Assembly (NCBI RefSeq): GCF_006345805.1
Contig: NC_043003.1
Location: 69,130,001-69,194,000 of the forward strand
DNA length: 64,000 nucleotides
Origin: Octopus sinensis
Lineage: Eukaryota
Direction: 5' to 3'
Part shown: in pieces, positions 40,702 to 54,155 of the stretch
Layout of the letters: every line of letters begins with the position of its first letter
How positions within the stretch are numbered: the stretch's first letter is position 1
Notes under the pieces: model-generated
What the model was told of the DNA's origin: nothing
Seen by the model: the letters and a program-made list of their open reading frames with translations, nothing else
The model's database searches: none
Translations under genes and position numbers: made by a program

Positions 40702-42170
40702 CATACATACCTACATACATACATACATACATACATACATACATACAGAATCAAATTTTTGCCCAATAGGAAACAAATGCAAGCATATACGCTAGAGGAC
40801 AAAGAGTCCAAATGCATTCACAAATCTACACTTGCGGACTGAATGAGTTAAGCAGGTCAGTTCTCATCTACACGACATACACAAGCGCACAACACATGTT
40901 AGTTCAGAAACAAATACGGTCACATTAAGTAAATTAGATGCATGACATTTCGCTTATCTCCCTTTACTGCTGCGATCTTTAAAAGAAGTTACTAAGTCAT
41001 TCGAGTCGTAATAAATTCACGTTTTGAAAATATATCACCAGCAATTGACAGCAACATTTTCTCACTGATAACACTTTGCCTTTGACATTTTCAATATTTT
41101 ATTTTCTATTTTATATAATATATTCGGAAAGGTTCGAACGTGACTATAACAAGGAATGAATTGGAAAGGCCTGGAGAATTTTACAGAAAAAGTACTGCGT
41201 ATGATTCCTTCTCTACATTACAAGATGTATCTATCGCGTTACTTCTGCAAATCAAACATTGGTTCCTAATTCTGCAAGCTGCGTTCTAGAGTGATAAATG
41301 TTTTATTAAGAAAGAAAACGCATTTCGATATGTATACAAATATAACTCCCATATGTTTACTTTGATCTACATTTGTATGTACGTGTTTATATTATTTTTC
41401 TGTGTGGACGCCTATGTGATTGTCTTTCTGTTTGCTTTTGTTTTTACATCGATTAACACCGTTGCTATGCCGAGTTTCTCATCTTTGTGCGCTTGATAAG
41501 TTGAAATTTTCCTGTCACATGCACGAACGCACAAAAAACGAGAATATAATAGCAGCTAGCAAATAAAGTCAAACCGTATGTATCAAGTAAGATTTTTCTC
41601 ATTTGAATATGGGAACGTGTGTGTGTGTGTGTGTGTGTTGTGTGTGTGTGTGTGTGTGGTGTGTGTGTGTGTGTGTGTGTACGTATATATACACATATAT
41701 GCGTATCTCTTTTACATATATGTGCGTGTGATTGTGTGTGTATATATCTTCATAAATATACACATATATGCATATATATATATATATATGTCAATAATAA
41801 AAATAACGGTTTTCAATTTTGCCACAAGAGCAGCAATTTTGGGGAAGGAGATGAGTCGATTACATCGACCCCAGTACGCAACTGGTACTTATTTTATCGA
41901 CCCCGAAAGGATGAAACGTAAAGTCGACCTCCATGGAATTTGAACTCAGAACGTAGCGACGGGCGAAATAATCAATAATGATAACGATAAGGATTATTAC
42001 GAAGCAACATAACATTACCATATATATATATATACAACTTCAAATAGACCTACACACATATATATGGGTGTGTATAAAAGCGTAGAATCGGGAGGAGAAG
42101 TGAGAGGTGAATACAGATTTATTATTTCCATATGATTGCCATATGGTTACAGCCGTTTCGTAATCGTCTC

Positions 42171-42232
<62 letters not shown>

Positions 42233-44189
42233 AATCATTAATTTCAACACCAAACATTATACACGTACATGAATAATACTCAGCGTCATATAATATAATT
42301 GTATAATCATAGACAGGTGTACAAAGGATAATATGTGTTCAGTTGTACGACGAACATGATACACAAATCATAATTTATCTACGGTGTGAACTAATAGCCG
42401 ATTTCTTGCAGAAATGCCTGTTGTTGGTTCTTCTTAATTCTCAGAAGTCAATTTTCTACCTTATTTCTGTTCGTGTGTTTGCATGTATTTATATGTGTGA
42501 GAGTGTGTGTGTGTGTATTACCCAGAATACTGGCAAAGTTTGTTAGATTAATCTATAACCATGGTTACAATCGTATGTTTAATAAGTATTTTTAGCATCG
42601 TTGTAAAAATAAACTTGTGGTGCACCACTATCATCTCAACAACCATCGAACAAGAATGAATCGATTATTGATTGGTTTCAACTTTCGCTAAAGCACTCGT
42701 CAGGAATTATTTCCTCAACTCTGACCGTTGTAAGAAAATAACACTACATATAAAAATGTTTGAGAGGAACCCGACATTTATTTCATATTAGTGCAAAGTA
42801 AACAGTACGGACTAATTAATTGAAACATCAATACAGAGTAATTGAGGTTAGTAGAATTGTAACCAAGTTTACAAAATATTCCATTTTACGTTCGTTTCGA
42901 CACCTATCTCTTGATTCAGGTGAAATTTTCGCTATATACCAGTTTTTGTTTAAAGCTACTTTTATTGCGTCATTTTGGTACAGAGAAGATACCTCTATAA
43001 CTAGGGCTGGACACTCCAATTTCTAAAATATATATAAGCGTTGAAGTGAGTAATTAGAATCTTCACAGCACTGATTCCCGTGATTCCCGATGTTCTCGCC
43101 ATAATCTATAAAATACACTCTCAGACAATCTCTGCCTCATCAATTAAGCTATAACAGTAGAAACCGCTGAAACTTCCTATTTAGAGGATCGAGTTTGTCT
43201 AAGGTTGTCATAGAGTAATCATACACTCGTGGATGGCATTAACAGAAATTGTACTCACGGCAAATACCTTTAATACACGTGATGCTCAACATATGATTTC
43301 GTGTATATCAAAGGACAGAGAGAAATATATGTCTTTACGGGTTTATTTTGAAAGGAAAGGAATGTGGATGTGTACAGGTCCCGTAACTTGGAATAGTGTG
43401 GGCGGTGCTCACCTATGCACTAAACAACCACTGAAGTTTCGATTATGGTTGGCTGAAAATGTCAAGATTCTGTAACAGCCGCCAATGTCACTAAATGCCA
43501 TTTCTTTTGAACAACTCTAATTCGGAAAATCTGCTGAAATTGGATACTACAACTTTGCTTAACCTATAAATTCATAATGCAGAATTCTATCCAGAGTGGT
43601 CCACGCTTACTCCTACAGATCGAATAAGATTATTCTCCAACGGTCCATTCAAGTGACAAGGTAAAATTTAGCATTTGTCCTTCCAAAATATTACCGACAT
43701 AGATAACTGCACCTATATCTTCTGCGTCCGTTTCCACATGGTAACTGAACGTACAATTTTGCTGTTCTCAATAGTAAAAAGGATCAAATGAAGCTCACAT
43801 TTTTCTGAACGTATGCTAATCCTACAGAATTTTCTAGTGAAAGTTAAGTTGATTAACGGTAATTACTCAAAGTTTTGTGTAGCAGTAAATCTAGCTCTGC
43901 AAAAAACAAATGAGTCTTTTTATCACTTGTTATCTCACTGACATTATTCTTGGGTCTACCAAGAAATTATGACTCTAAATATAATCCACAAACCATGTGC
44001 AGAAACACATCGTGTACGCATATTGTGTATGTATGCCTATATTTTAAGCAGCAAGCCTAGGTCATTTATAGTTAATTGATGGATTTCCTAGAACCCATGT
44101 CCTCTTAACCATGCTGACAACTCCAGAGCAATAGTATATGAATTGGAAGTCAGCATCAAAGACTAGTATGTGCGGGGGACAATTTTAAT

Positions 44190-44840
44190 AAAGTTACCAC
44201 CTTAGCAGAACACATCTAATAACTCAAAGAGAACAACACAGAATACGTAGTTATGTAAAAAGAAAAAATAGATATTACAAATAAAAAGCAGGTCTTACAT
44301 TAGTTGAGAAAAAAGCTACTGGTAACGGTCGACGAGCTAGAAACACGTGTCTACAGCTGTTCTATTATCTCCTTGCAATAAGCATCTCCTTTTCCTTAAT
44401 AGCATGTCAACTTTGGGGAATTCTTGATTTTTAAGATCGTCTCCCCTTTCATGTGAGGCTGGTCTTCATTGCATTCTGGTAATCATGACGCATCTTCAGG
44501 AAGCAGAAATAAGTTTAATGAATCTAGATCTTAAATATAGTATTGTGTATTTGTTTATTTTGCATCTGATATTTATTATTGATTTTCAATAATAATGAAG
44601 CTGTATCCCTTAATTTGCTGCTGCTTTTGTATACAAATACTGAGAACAAATCTTGCGGAACCGACGTTATTTTAAAGAGATACATCTTGTAATCACCTGA
44701 GGAGACACATCTACACCGACGGACACACCTAAAGCAGATGTTTAATATCCTATCCGGGAGGGATCGATGCTAGATGGGTCAAAACAATTGTAGTGATCAA
44801 TAAATGTTTTCGTATCTTCCATCTTACATTTCTCTCATTA

Positions 44841-44845
<5 letters not shown>
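44190..44845 (+). mobile_element. Penelope-like element 3' remnant: degraded GIY-YIG C-terminus followed by a pLTR with a hammerhead (44692-44797, G12A-mutated)
   Basis: Translation from ~44198, TLAEHI**LKENNTEYVVM*, resembles the Penelope T(E/T)LSKHIWELK..N..Y.I.W motif. Then ATCAC CTGAGGA GACaCATCTA...TAGATGgGTC AAAA CAATTG TA GTGAT, ending in (TA)n. Confidence 0.6.
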
Positions 44846-44934
<89 letters not shown>

Positions 44935-45676
44935 TTATATAACCAGTTAGAGGAAATGTGCTCTTGGAGTTAAAAAAATCACAGTAACGACCGTTCGCAC
45001 GGAACAGCCATGTTGAAGTGGCGACAAACATTACTTGCCAGTACAGTTACAGCTTTCATCTCTTACACAGATTTTATGACTGCTGGCTTGTTCCAAGATC
45101 AACAACCGAATATAGCTTATTTTCAATATATTGCGAACTGGTGCGAACTAATGCTATCTATAGCAGATAAGGTGTCCAGCACTGTGGGCAGGCATAACCC
45201 GAAACCAGGCTGGTGTGCTGGTTCCGTCGCTAGAAGGTGGTAGGGTTTCGCTCCCCTGCTTGCAAAATATCAGATACATGTTGCATCGTTAATCAGCTAG
45301 CGGAAATGTCCTTTTGAAGTTAGAAAATTGCAGTAAAAACCCTTCGTACGGAGCAGCTATGTTGATGTGGTGACAGACATTACTTTGCCAGTACATTTAC
45401 TGCTTTCATCTCTTACACAGATTTTATAACTAGCTGCTAATGTGTGTGTCCGCGCGTGTGTGTGTATGTATGTTTGTTAAATAGGCGCAGGCGGGGTTGT
45501 GTGATAAGTAGCTTGCTTACCAAACACATGGTCCCGAGTTCAGTCCCACTGCGTGGCACCTTGGGCAAGTGTCTTCTACTATAGCCTCGGCCCGACCAAA
45601 GCCTTGTCAGTGGATTTGGTAGACGGAAACTGAAAGAAACCCGTCGTATATATATACATGTGTGTATGTGTCTATG

Positions 45677-45718
<42 letters not shown>

Positions 45719-45884
45719 GGTTGTATACTGTCAATCTAACAAGAACGTGACAGTAGGGGGTACACCACCGTTATATAGCCCTAGGAGGCATCGAACGCCT
45801 CCTGACAGCTTCGACACATTTTATCCTGTGTCCTTATATACACATACGAAGGGGAGACAAACACCCCCAACCGCCGGAACTGCA

Positions 45885-45930
45885 TCTAGGGACACCGTGT
45901 TTCAGGATCATTGTCCTTCATCGGCCTAGA
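45885..45930 (-). ncRNA. Type I hammerhead-like ribozyme with CCGAUGA core (U4C variant), GUC site
   Basis: Minus strand: TCTAGG CCGATGA AGGA-caatga-TCCT GAAA CAC-g-GTG TC CCTAGA. Stems I, II and III all pair. Confidence 0.7.
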
Positions 45931-46248
45931 GTAGCAGACACCGGTCAGATGGCGATATCTGTCTCGACTTCGTATTTGTATATATCTATAGTCAGTGAAG
46001 TCTATTCACTGATTATCAAAATAAGAAATATTGAGTTTCTAAATCTCTCGTAGACCCCCTACTGTCACGTTCTTGTTAGATTGACAGTATACAACCATTA
46101 TATCGCTCCACCACCGTACACCTCTCTACGAGAGATTTAGAAACTCAATATTTCTTATTTTGATAATCAGTGAATAGACTTCACTGACTATAGATATATA
46201 CAAATACGAAGTCGAGACAGATATCGCCAGCTGACCGGTGTCTGCTAC

Positions 46249-46294
46249 TCTAGGCCGATGAAGGACAATGATCCTGAAACACGGTATCCCTAGA
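46249..46294 (+). ncRNA. Direct-strand copy of the same hammerhead, with a G>A change in stem III (AUC site)
   Basis: tctaggCCGATGAaggacaatgatcctGAAAcacggtaTCcctaga. Confidence 0.6.
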
Positions 46295-46517
46295 TGCAGT
46301 TCCGGCGGTTGGGGGTGTTTGTCTCCCCTTCGTATGTGTATATAAGGACACAGGATAAAATGTGTCGAAGCTGTCAGGAGGCGTTCGATGCCTCCTAGGG
46401 CTATATAACGGTGGTGTTCTCCCTACTGTCACGTTCTTGTTAGATTGACAGTATATAACCATTATATCGCTCCACCACCGTACACCTCTCTACGAGAGAT
46501 TTAGAAACTCAATATTT

Positions 46518-46548
<31 letters not shown>

Positions 46549-46553
<5 letters not shown>

Positions 46554-46740
46554 TAATCCAAACAAGAAAACACAGAAAAAAAGAGAAAAAAAACACAGCA
46601 ACGCGAGGACGTGGAACAATTAAAGTATTATTGACGCTCAGGAAAGAAGGGAAGGAGGGTTTAACGTTTCGAGCGGAGCTCTTCGTCGGAAACAAGGAGA
46701 AGGAAAGATCCCAAGAAGGGAAGACAGAGGAAAAAATATT
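46549..46740 (-). mobile_element. Penelope-like pLTR fragment with a minimal hammerhead at 46659-46693
   Basis: Minus strand: GTTT CCGACGA A GAGC-tcc-GCTC GAAA CG TT AAAC (palindromic AACGTT stem III, GUU site). The 3' end abuts (TA)n. Related to the 38400-38590 fragment through a shared gagcgtcaa...taatac segment. Confidence 0.65.
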
Positions 46741-47449
46741 TTTGCTGGTGGTGCTCAAGAGATCACGTGTGTGTGTATGTTTGAGTGTCTGTGATTATCC
46801 ACCCATCATCGCTTGACAACCGATGCTGATGTGTTTACGTCCCCGTAAATTAGTGGTTCGGCAAAAGAGACCCGATAGAATAAGTACTAGGCTTACAAAA
46901 AATAAGTCCTGGGGTCGATTTGTTCGACTAAAGGCGGTGCTCCAGCTTGGGCGGAGTCAAATGACTGAAACAAATAAAAGAATGTATGTATGTATGTATG
47001 TAAGTGTGTGTGTATGTATGTATGTATGTATGTATGTATGTATGTATGTATGTATGTATTAGCTGTAAGAGGCAGAAGCAGCCTTCGTACCGAATATTAA
47101 TTTGCCCATCTAAATTAAGATGTGTTGTTAGGAACGCCGTGGGCTGCAATAATCGTCCTGAGAAATAATCTTGTGTAGATGTGGGGATGAATATGAATTA
47201 ACTCTTTTTTTTTTCTTTTTATCTTTCTTGAAAATCTCGAGATATTTCAAAAAACGAATTAGTTCATATACATCAGAGATTTATAAAATTCTTATGACGT
47301 CAGCAATATATATGTGTGTGTGTGTGTGTATACATGCATACGTATATACTAGCCCTCTCCTACTCTCTTTTACTCTCTTTCTCTCTCTCTCTCTTACTCT
47401 GTCACTCTCTCTTTCTCTGTACACACATATTTGGATGGATGGATGGATG

Positions 47450-47874
47450 GGGCAGAATCGTTAGCACGCCGGGTGAAATGCGTAGCCGTATTTCGTCTGT
47501 CGTTAGGTTCTGAGTTCAAATTCCGCCGAGGTGGACTTTGCCTTTCATCCTTTCGGGGTCGATAAATTAAGTACCAGTTACGCACTGGGGTCGATGTAAT
47601 CGACTTAATACCTATGTCTGTCCTTGTTTGTCCCCTCTGTGTTTAGCCCCTTGTGGGTAATAAAGAAATAGGATGGATAGATGGGTAGATGTACATATGT
47701 ATGTGAATCTACCAAGTCTCTATTTCATGAAACTTGTAGTAGCTCAAGTATAACTTAAGTATTCATTAAAGGCGGTATGAGTGTGTATGTATTATTATGT
47801 GTGTGTGCGTACATGTATGTGCATGTTCGTTCGCGCGCAGGCGTGTGTGTGTGCGTGTGTGTGTGTGTGTGTGT

Positions 47875-47928
<54 letters not shown>

Positions 47929-48617
47929 CGTGTGTGTGTGTAACTAAATCAATTGTTTACAGTATGATCATATTCTTTCGTATAAGCTCTTCGAGAATGG
48001 CGGCGAGCTGTCAGAAACGTTAGCACGCCGGGCGAAATGCGTAGCCGTATTTCGTCTGCCGTTAGGTTCTGAGTTCAAATTCCGCCGAGGTCGACTTCGC
48101 CTTTCATCCTTTCGGGGTCGATAAATTAAGTACCAGTTACGCACTGGGTCGATATAATCGACTTAATCCGTTTGTCTGTCCTTGTTTGTCCCTTCTGTGT
48201 TTTGTCCCTCGTGGGTTGTAAAGAAATATAAATAGGTATTTCGTCTGCCGCTACGTTCTGAGTTCAAATTCCGCCGAGGTCGACTTTGCCTTTCATCCTT
48301 CCGGGTTCGATTAAATGAGTACTAGTTACGCACTGGAGTCGATGTAATCGACTTAATCCGTTTGTCCTTGATTGTCCCCTCTGTATGTAGCCCCTTGTGG
48401 GCAGTAAAGAAATAAGAAACGTTATCATGCCGGTTGAAATGCTTCACGGTATTTCGTCTGTTTTTACGTTCTGAGTTCAAATTCCGTCGAGGTCGACTAT
48501 GCCTTTCATCCTTTCGGGCTCGATAAATTAAGTAGCAGTTGTGTACTGGGGTCGATCTAATCGACAGGACTCCCTCCCCAAAAATCTCGGACCTTGTTCC
48601 TAGCGTAGAAAAGATTA
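47450..48617 (+). mobile_element. SINE family A copies (47450-47672 and 48000-48617)
   Basis: Same head and core, tandem modules. Confidence 0.8.
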
Positions 48618-49136
48618 ATCTCTTCAAGAAGTCGGACTATCTAGTATGACGAAAACACATGTCTAATGTAGCTTTTTTTATTTTGGGGGTTTTACAGAAA
48701 GTTTTAATTCATTTTCCATTTATTTCTTGCTGAGGGGCAGAATTCCATCATTATGGTATATTAATAGGAACAAAAGATTTTATAACATTCATTCCAAAGC
48801 AATACTCCCCCCTTTCAAAATACAGATATAAAAATATGAAGTCAAGCAGAGGAAAACGAAAGCTCGAAAATCACCAACAATAACTGTTAATGTGAAACGG
48901 AAATCTCCGGAAGAGAAATGAATGGTTTTGTTTTGGTTTTGATTCTTTTATCGTTTTTCTGGTTTCTCTTGCGAAACTCATTAATTGCGGAGAAATGGAG
49001 GAAAACATAGATGTCACTTATTTTGTGTTATGAAAACCATACAAATCAGCTCTTTTTCTTCTGTTGTGATCGTTGCAGCGCTAATTAAACTAAAACAGTA
49101 AATGTGGTTTTTTATGTAATAATGCACACACGCGCG

Positions 49137-49181
<45 letters not shown>

Positions 49182-49559
49182 CACATTACACGCATACACA
49201 CACACGCACAGAGTTATACCAATTTTAATATCAAGAATGGGTAACAGCGTGGCTTCACTGCTTGGTTTCTCTTGTGATCAGAGGAGCGAAACTTCTAAGT
49301 TATTCTCATTTGTAAAGGAAAAAAACCGTTTATATATCATTTGTCTTTCACCTTTTACTTGTTTCAATCATTAGACTGCGGCCATACTGGGGCACCACCT
49401 TGAATTTTTAGTCGAATGAATTCACTCTAGCAATTATTTCATCGGTCTTTTTCTCAAACCGCTAGGTTACGGCAACGTAAACACACCTACACAGGTTATC
49501 AAGCGGTAACGGTGAGGATGGACAAACAAAATACAAAGAAAAAAACGGATATATAAACT

Positions 49560-49631
<72 letters not shown>

Positions 49632-50110
49632 TTACGACGGGTTTCTTCAGTTTCCGTCTACCCAATCCACTCAAAAGCCTTTGGTCGGCCCAAGGCTGTA
49701 GTAGAAGACACTTGCGCCAAGACACCATGCAGTAAGACTGAACCCGGAACCATGTGGTTGGGAAGCAAGCTTGTTACTACGCAGCTACTCGTGCTCAATA
49801 ATATTCAAAAAGTATACAGCATACTCGCATAAATGATTACTCACAACATTATATGTGTATATGTATAGGCGCACATGTGAGTGTACATATATATATTTTT
49901 AACTTGTTTCAGTCATCTGACTTCGGCCATGCAGGACTATCGTCTGGAAGAAATTTTTCAATCGAATGAATCGACCCGGGTCTAGTATTCATTCTATCGA
50001 ACTCTTTTGCCAAATTGCTATGTTACGGGGACGTATACACACTAACACCGGTTTCAAGCAGTGTCGGGTGGCACAGACTCAAAGACGTAGACACAGACAC
50101 AGAGATAGAT

Positions 50111-50232
<122 letters not shown>

Positions 50233-50398
50233 ATTCGACGGTCTTCTTTCCGTCTATGAAATCCACTCTCGCGACTTTGGTCGACCCGAAGCCATAGTAG
50301 AACACACTTGCCCAATATGTCATATAGTGAGACCGAGCTTGGAACCATACGGTTAGGAAGCAAGCTTCTTACCACATAGCCACGCCTGTACACATATA

Positions 50399-51700
50399 CA
50401 GGGTGCGGTGAATAAATTGTCGTCTACATTACACAAAAATGAAAATAACACTGACAACTCATTTTACCAGATATATCTACCAAAATTACATAAAAATATC
50501 TTGAAATACTAAAGAGTAAATTTATTCAATAAAATCACTATTGGCTTCAACCAAGGTATTCAGACGACTTCAGAATCTTTCTACAACTCTTCTAGACAGT
50601 CTCTTTGTTTAAGTTGGTGAATGCTGCCCTAATCCTCGCCTTCAGTTCCTTTTTGGTGATACAAGGAGTTTTGCTGATCAGCTGCTCGACTGCTCCCCAC
50701 ACATAATAATCAATGGGGTTACAGTCTGGGGGGTTAGGTGGCCAGATGTTAAGGGTGACGTGGCTGCAGAAACTGTCTGACAGCCATGACTGGGTTCTCC
50801 TGCTTGTGTGGCATGGTGCAGAGTGCTGCTGCTAGACACAGGGTCTTCCAGCAGTCTTCCTCTTGACTAAGGGCAGCACTATCTCCTCCAAGCACTTGAA
50901 GTAGGCCTCCATATTGAGTCTGAGGCCGTGTGGGAAGATGAATTGAAGCATAACGTCGCCATCACTAGTGATCATTCCAGACACCATGATGTTGACCGGA
51001 TGTTTAATTTTTATCACTCTCGGTCCATGTTTTGGGTACACGGCAACGGTTGTTCTGTGCGTTCACCATCTGATCCTGGCAGAAATTTTTCTCGTCTGAG
51101 AAAAACCAAAGCATGTTCGGTTGGTGGGTATGCTTGAATTTGTTCAAAAGCTTCGTAGTGCTGTCTTGCCTCTTGTCCTTGATAGCTTGGGATAAAAATT
51201 AGCTCTTTTTCATCTTGTATGAGGAATACCGAATATCTACATACACTACCTGTCTGATAAGAACCTCAGACACTCCCATGTCCCTGGCGATTGACCTGAT
51301 TGACTTGGAGGGATCGTTGCCAATCATGACCTAGATCTCACCAACAAATTCAGGAGTTCTTTTCTCATCAGATCGATCAGAGTGAGTTTTCCGAGCTGGC
51401 ATACCTTCGTAATCACCATTAGACTCATTCAACTCCTTCCGAATTCTCTGCACAGTCCTCGGATTGGCACTCGAACATTCTGAAGTGTTCATATTGGAGC
51501 TCTTCCGGCGCTAAAACCAAGCAGTACAGCATGTCGTTTCCAAATTTCTGACTGAGTGAATTGCGTCATGGTACTGTTTTTCTCACAAACGGTGCCCAAC
51601 TGACCCTACTATACTGAGTAGTCGACAAAATTGAAGACAAACAATGCGCATGCGCAAAATTAAAAATATAAAATGAGGACAGTTTATCTATCGCACCTTG
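50399..51700 (-). mobile_element. Full-length (~1.3 kb) degenerate maT / DD37D Tc1-mariner transposon
   Basis: TA flanks; TIRs cagggtgcggtgaataaattgtc and its reverse complement caaggtgcgatagataaactgtc (18/23 identical). ATG at 51569; motifs WFFSDEKNF, KHPVNIMV.G, QQ[D>H]SAPCH and PDCNPIDY, with 37 residues between the second and third catalytic positions. Stops and frameshifts are present. Confidence 0.9.
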
Positions 51701-51717
51701 TATATATTTCAGTGTAT

Positions 51718-51762
<45 letters not shown>

Positions 51763-52051
51763 CGTGTGTGTGTGTGTTAAGGCGTAAGCTGGAATGTGAA
51801 TGAGGCCTGGCTGCTGCTTCTAGCCGATCGGGGGACCAGCCTTATACGTAGCGGATCCATCGTTGGTTAATGATATAATCGGTAGAGAGTCGGGAAAATG
51901 TCATGCCTCATTTATTTATGTCCATTTCTATTTTATGTTTATATTCCACCTAAGTCGACTTTATCTTATAATCCCTTCTTGGATCAATTGTATAAATACT
52001 ATTAAAACATCGATGGAGTCTGTTAACATGTCAATATTTGTGTATATTAAA

Positions 52052-53272
52052 GCAGCGAGCTGTCAGAATCGATACCGCGCCGGGCAACATGCTCAGCGGC
52101 ATTTCGTCCGTCTTTATGTTCTGAGTTCAAATTCCTCCGAGGTCGACTTTGCCTTTCATTCTTTCGGGGCCTATAAAATAAGTACCACTTGAGCAATGGG
52201 ACCCATGTAACTGACTTTCCCCCTTCTCCAAAACTGCTAGCATTCTACCAAAATTTGAAACCAAGGATATTAAGACGGTTAGCACGTCGGGCACAATGCT
52301 GTGCGGCATTTCGCTCGCCTTTACATTCTGAGTTCGAATTCCGTCGGGGCCGACTTCGCCTTTCATCCTTTCGGGGTTGATAAAATAAATACTAATTGAG
52401 CACTGGGCTCGATATAATCGATTCCAGAATGTTTGTCCTTGTGTCACAATTTGAAATCAACATTTCGCTATGTTCATTCTCTGAGTTCAAATTCTACCTC
52501 GGTCGACTTTGTGTTTCATCCCACTCAGATCGATGAAATGAAAACCAATTAAATGCTTAGGTTCATTGGAAAGACTTCGAGATTTACAATTATTACTGCT
52601 GACACGGCAAGGTGGCGAGCTAGCAGAATCGTTAGCATACTGGACGAAATGCTTAGCAGTATTTTGTCTGCCGCTACGTTCTGAGTTCAAATTTCGCCGA
52701 GGTCGACTTTGCCTTTCGTCCTTTCACGGTCGATTAAATAAGTACCAGTTACGCACTGGAGTCGATATAATCGACTTAATCCGTGTGTCTGTCCTTGTTT
52801 GTCCTCTCTGTGTTTATCCTCTTGTGGGTAGTAAATAAATAGGTATTTCGCCCGTCGTTACGTTCTAAGTTCAAATTCCGCCAAGGTCGACTTTGCCTTT
52901 CGTCCTTTCAACGTCAATAGAATAAGGATCAGTTGAGCATTGGGATCGATATAATCAACTTACCCCACTCGTCTGTAATTGCTGGCTTTGTGCCAACATG
53001 TGAAACCAATTTTGAATATAGCCCTGCCGTTTAGGAGTCTGATATCTTATTTCTATGTCTAAAATCGAGTCGGCGAGCTGGCAGAATCGTTAGCACACCG
53101 AGTGAAACGCTTAGCAGTATTTCGTCTGAATTTACGTCCTGAGTTCAAATTCCGCCGTGGTCGACTTTGCCTCTCATCCTTCGGGGGTCGATAACTTAAG
53201 TACCAGTTGCATACTGGGGGCGATCTAATTGACTTCCCCAAAAATTTCGGACCTTGTGTTTAGAATAGAACT
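52052..53272 (+). mobile_element. Cluster of SINE family A copies and modules of different ages
   Basis: About six repeats of the gagttcaaattccgccgaggtcgactttgcctttc core. Further partial or degenerate copies lie at ~41815-41970, ~62228-62358 and ~63000-63600. Confidence 0.8.
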
Positions 53273-53699
53273 ATCATGTCTAAAATCGAACTACCATGTC
53301 ACGTTCTTTTCAACACATTTACATACAGAATCATTGGGAAGAACCAACTGCTATTTTGAACAGAGGGTGGCAGCACCATCTGATTGAATAATACACCAAC
53401 AAGCATTTACTGAAGAATAATGTTTGAAATTGAAAGCCCAATAAAAAATGTTTTCTGCCAAACTAATTTCTATTTCTGTTTCTTCATCATTTGCATACTC
53501 AGGCATTATTATTTTTATTGCTGTTGTTGTTGTTGTTGTTGTTGTTGTACTCCAGTTCCACATATTACCATTTTCTTTGGAACTGTTTTGCAAATTACAG
53601 TTAATCGATTTATCCTCGTGAGACGCAGTTTCTAAGCAAACTGTCTTGAAGAAAAGACAATCTGCGACTTACTGCTACCTCAGCACTTCAAGAGAATCA

Positions 53700-53734
53700 T
53701 GCGAAGTAAAGGTTGTTCTAGAAGTAGTAGTAGT

Positions 53735-53765
<31 letters not shown>

Positions 53766-53825
53766 GTAGTAGTTGTAGTAGTAGTAGTAAGTAGTAGTAG
53801 TAGTAGTAGCACCACCACCACCACC

Positions 53826-53858
<33 letters not shown>

Positions 53859-54124
53859 GGTGGTGGTGGTGGTGGTGGTGGTGATAGAGGTGGCGGGGTG
53901 ATGGTGCTGGTAGTATTGGTGATAGTAGTAGTAGTAGTAGTAGTAGTAGCAGTAGCAGCAGCAGTAGTGGTGGTGGTGGCGGTGGTGGTGATGGTAGTAG
54001 CTGTAATGATGGTGGTTTTAGTGGTAGTGGTGGTGGGGGTTGGTGGTGGTGATAGTGGTGGTGGTGGTGGTGGTGGTGGTGGTGGTAGTAGTGGTGGGGG
54101 ATGGTGTTGGTGATAGTGGTGGTG

Positions 54125-54155
<31 letters not shown>

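Larger units (their letters stand above)
45716..46520 (+). mobile_element. Second retrozyme/pLTR-like element: ~1.3 tandem units of ~364 bp (46055-46520) with a 5' inverted 339-bp block (45716-46054), between (TA)n tracts
   Basis: ctactgtcacg recurs at 46059 and 46423. 45716-46054 is the reverse complement of ~46125-46463 with only a few substitutions. Both orientations contain a hammerhead fold. Confidence 0.85.
45482..46982 (+). mobile_element. SINE family B split by nested insertions (head 45482-45650, tail ~46780-46982)
   Basis: Head and tail halves are in the same orientation on either side of the 45716-46740 hammerhead elements. Confidence 0.65.
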
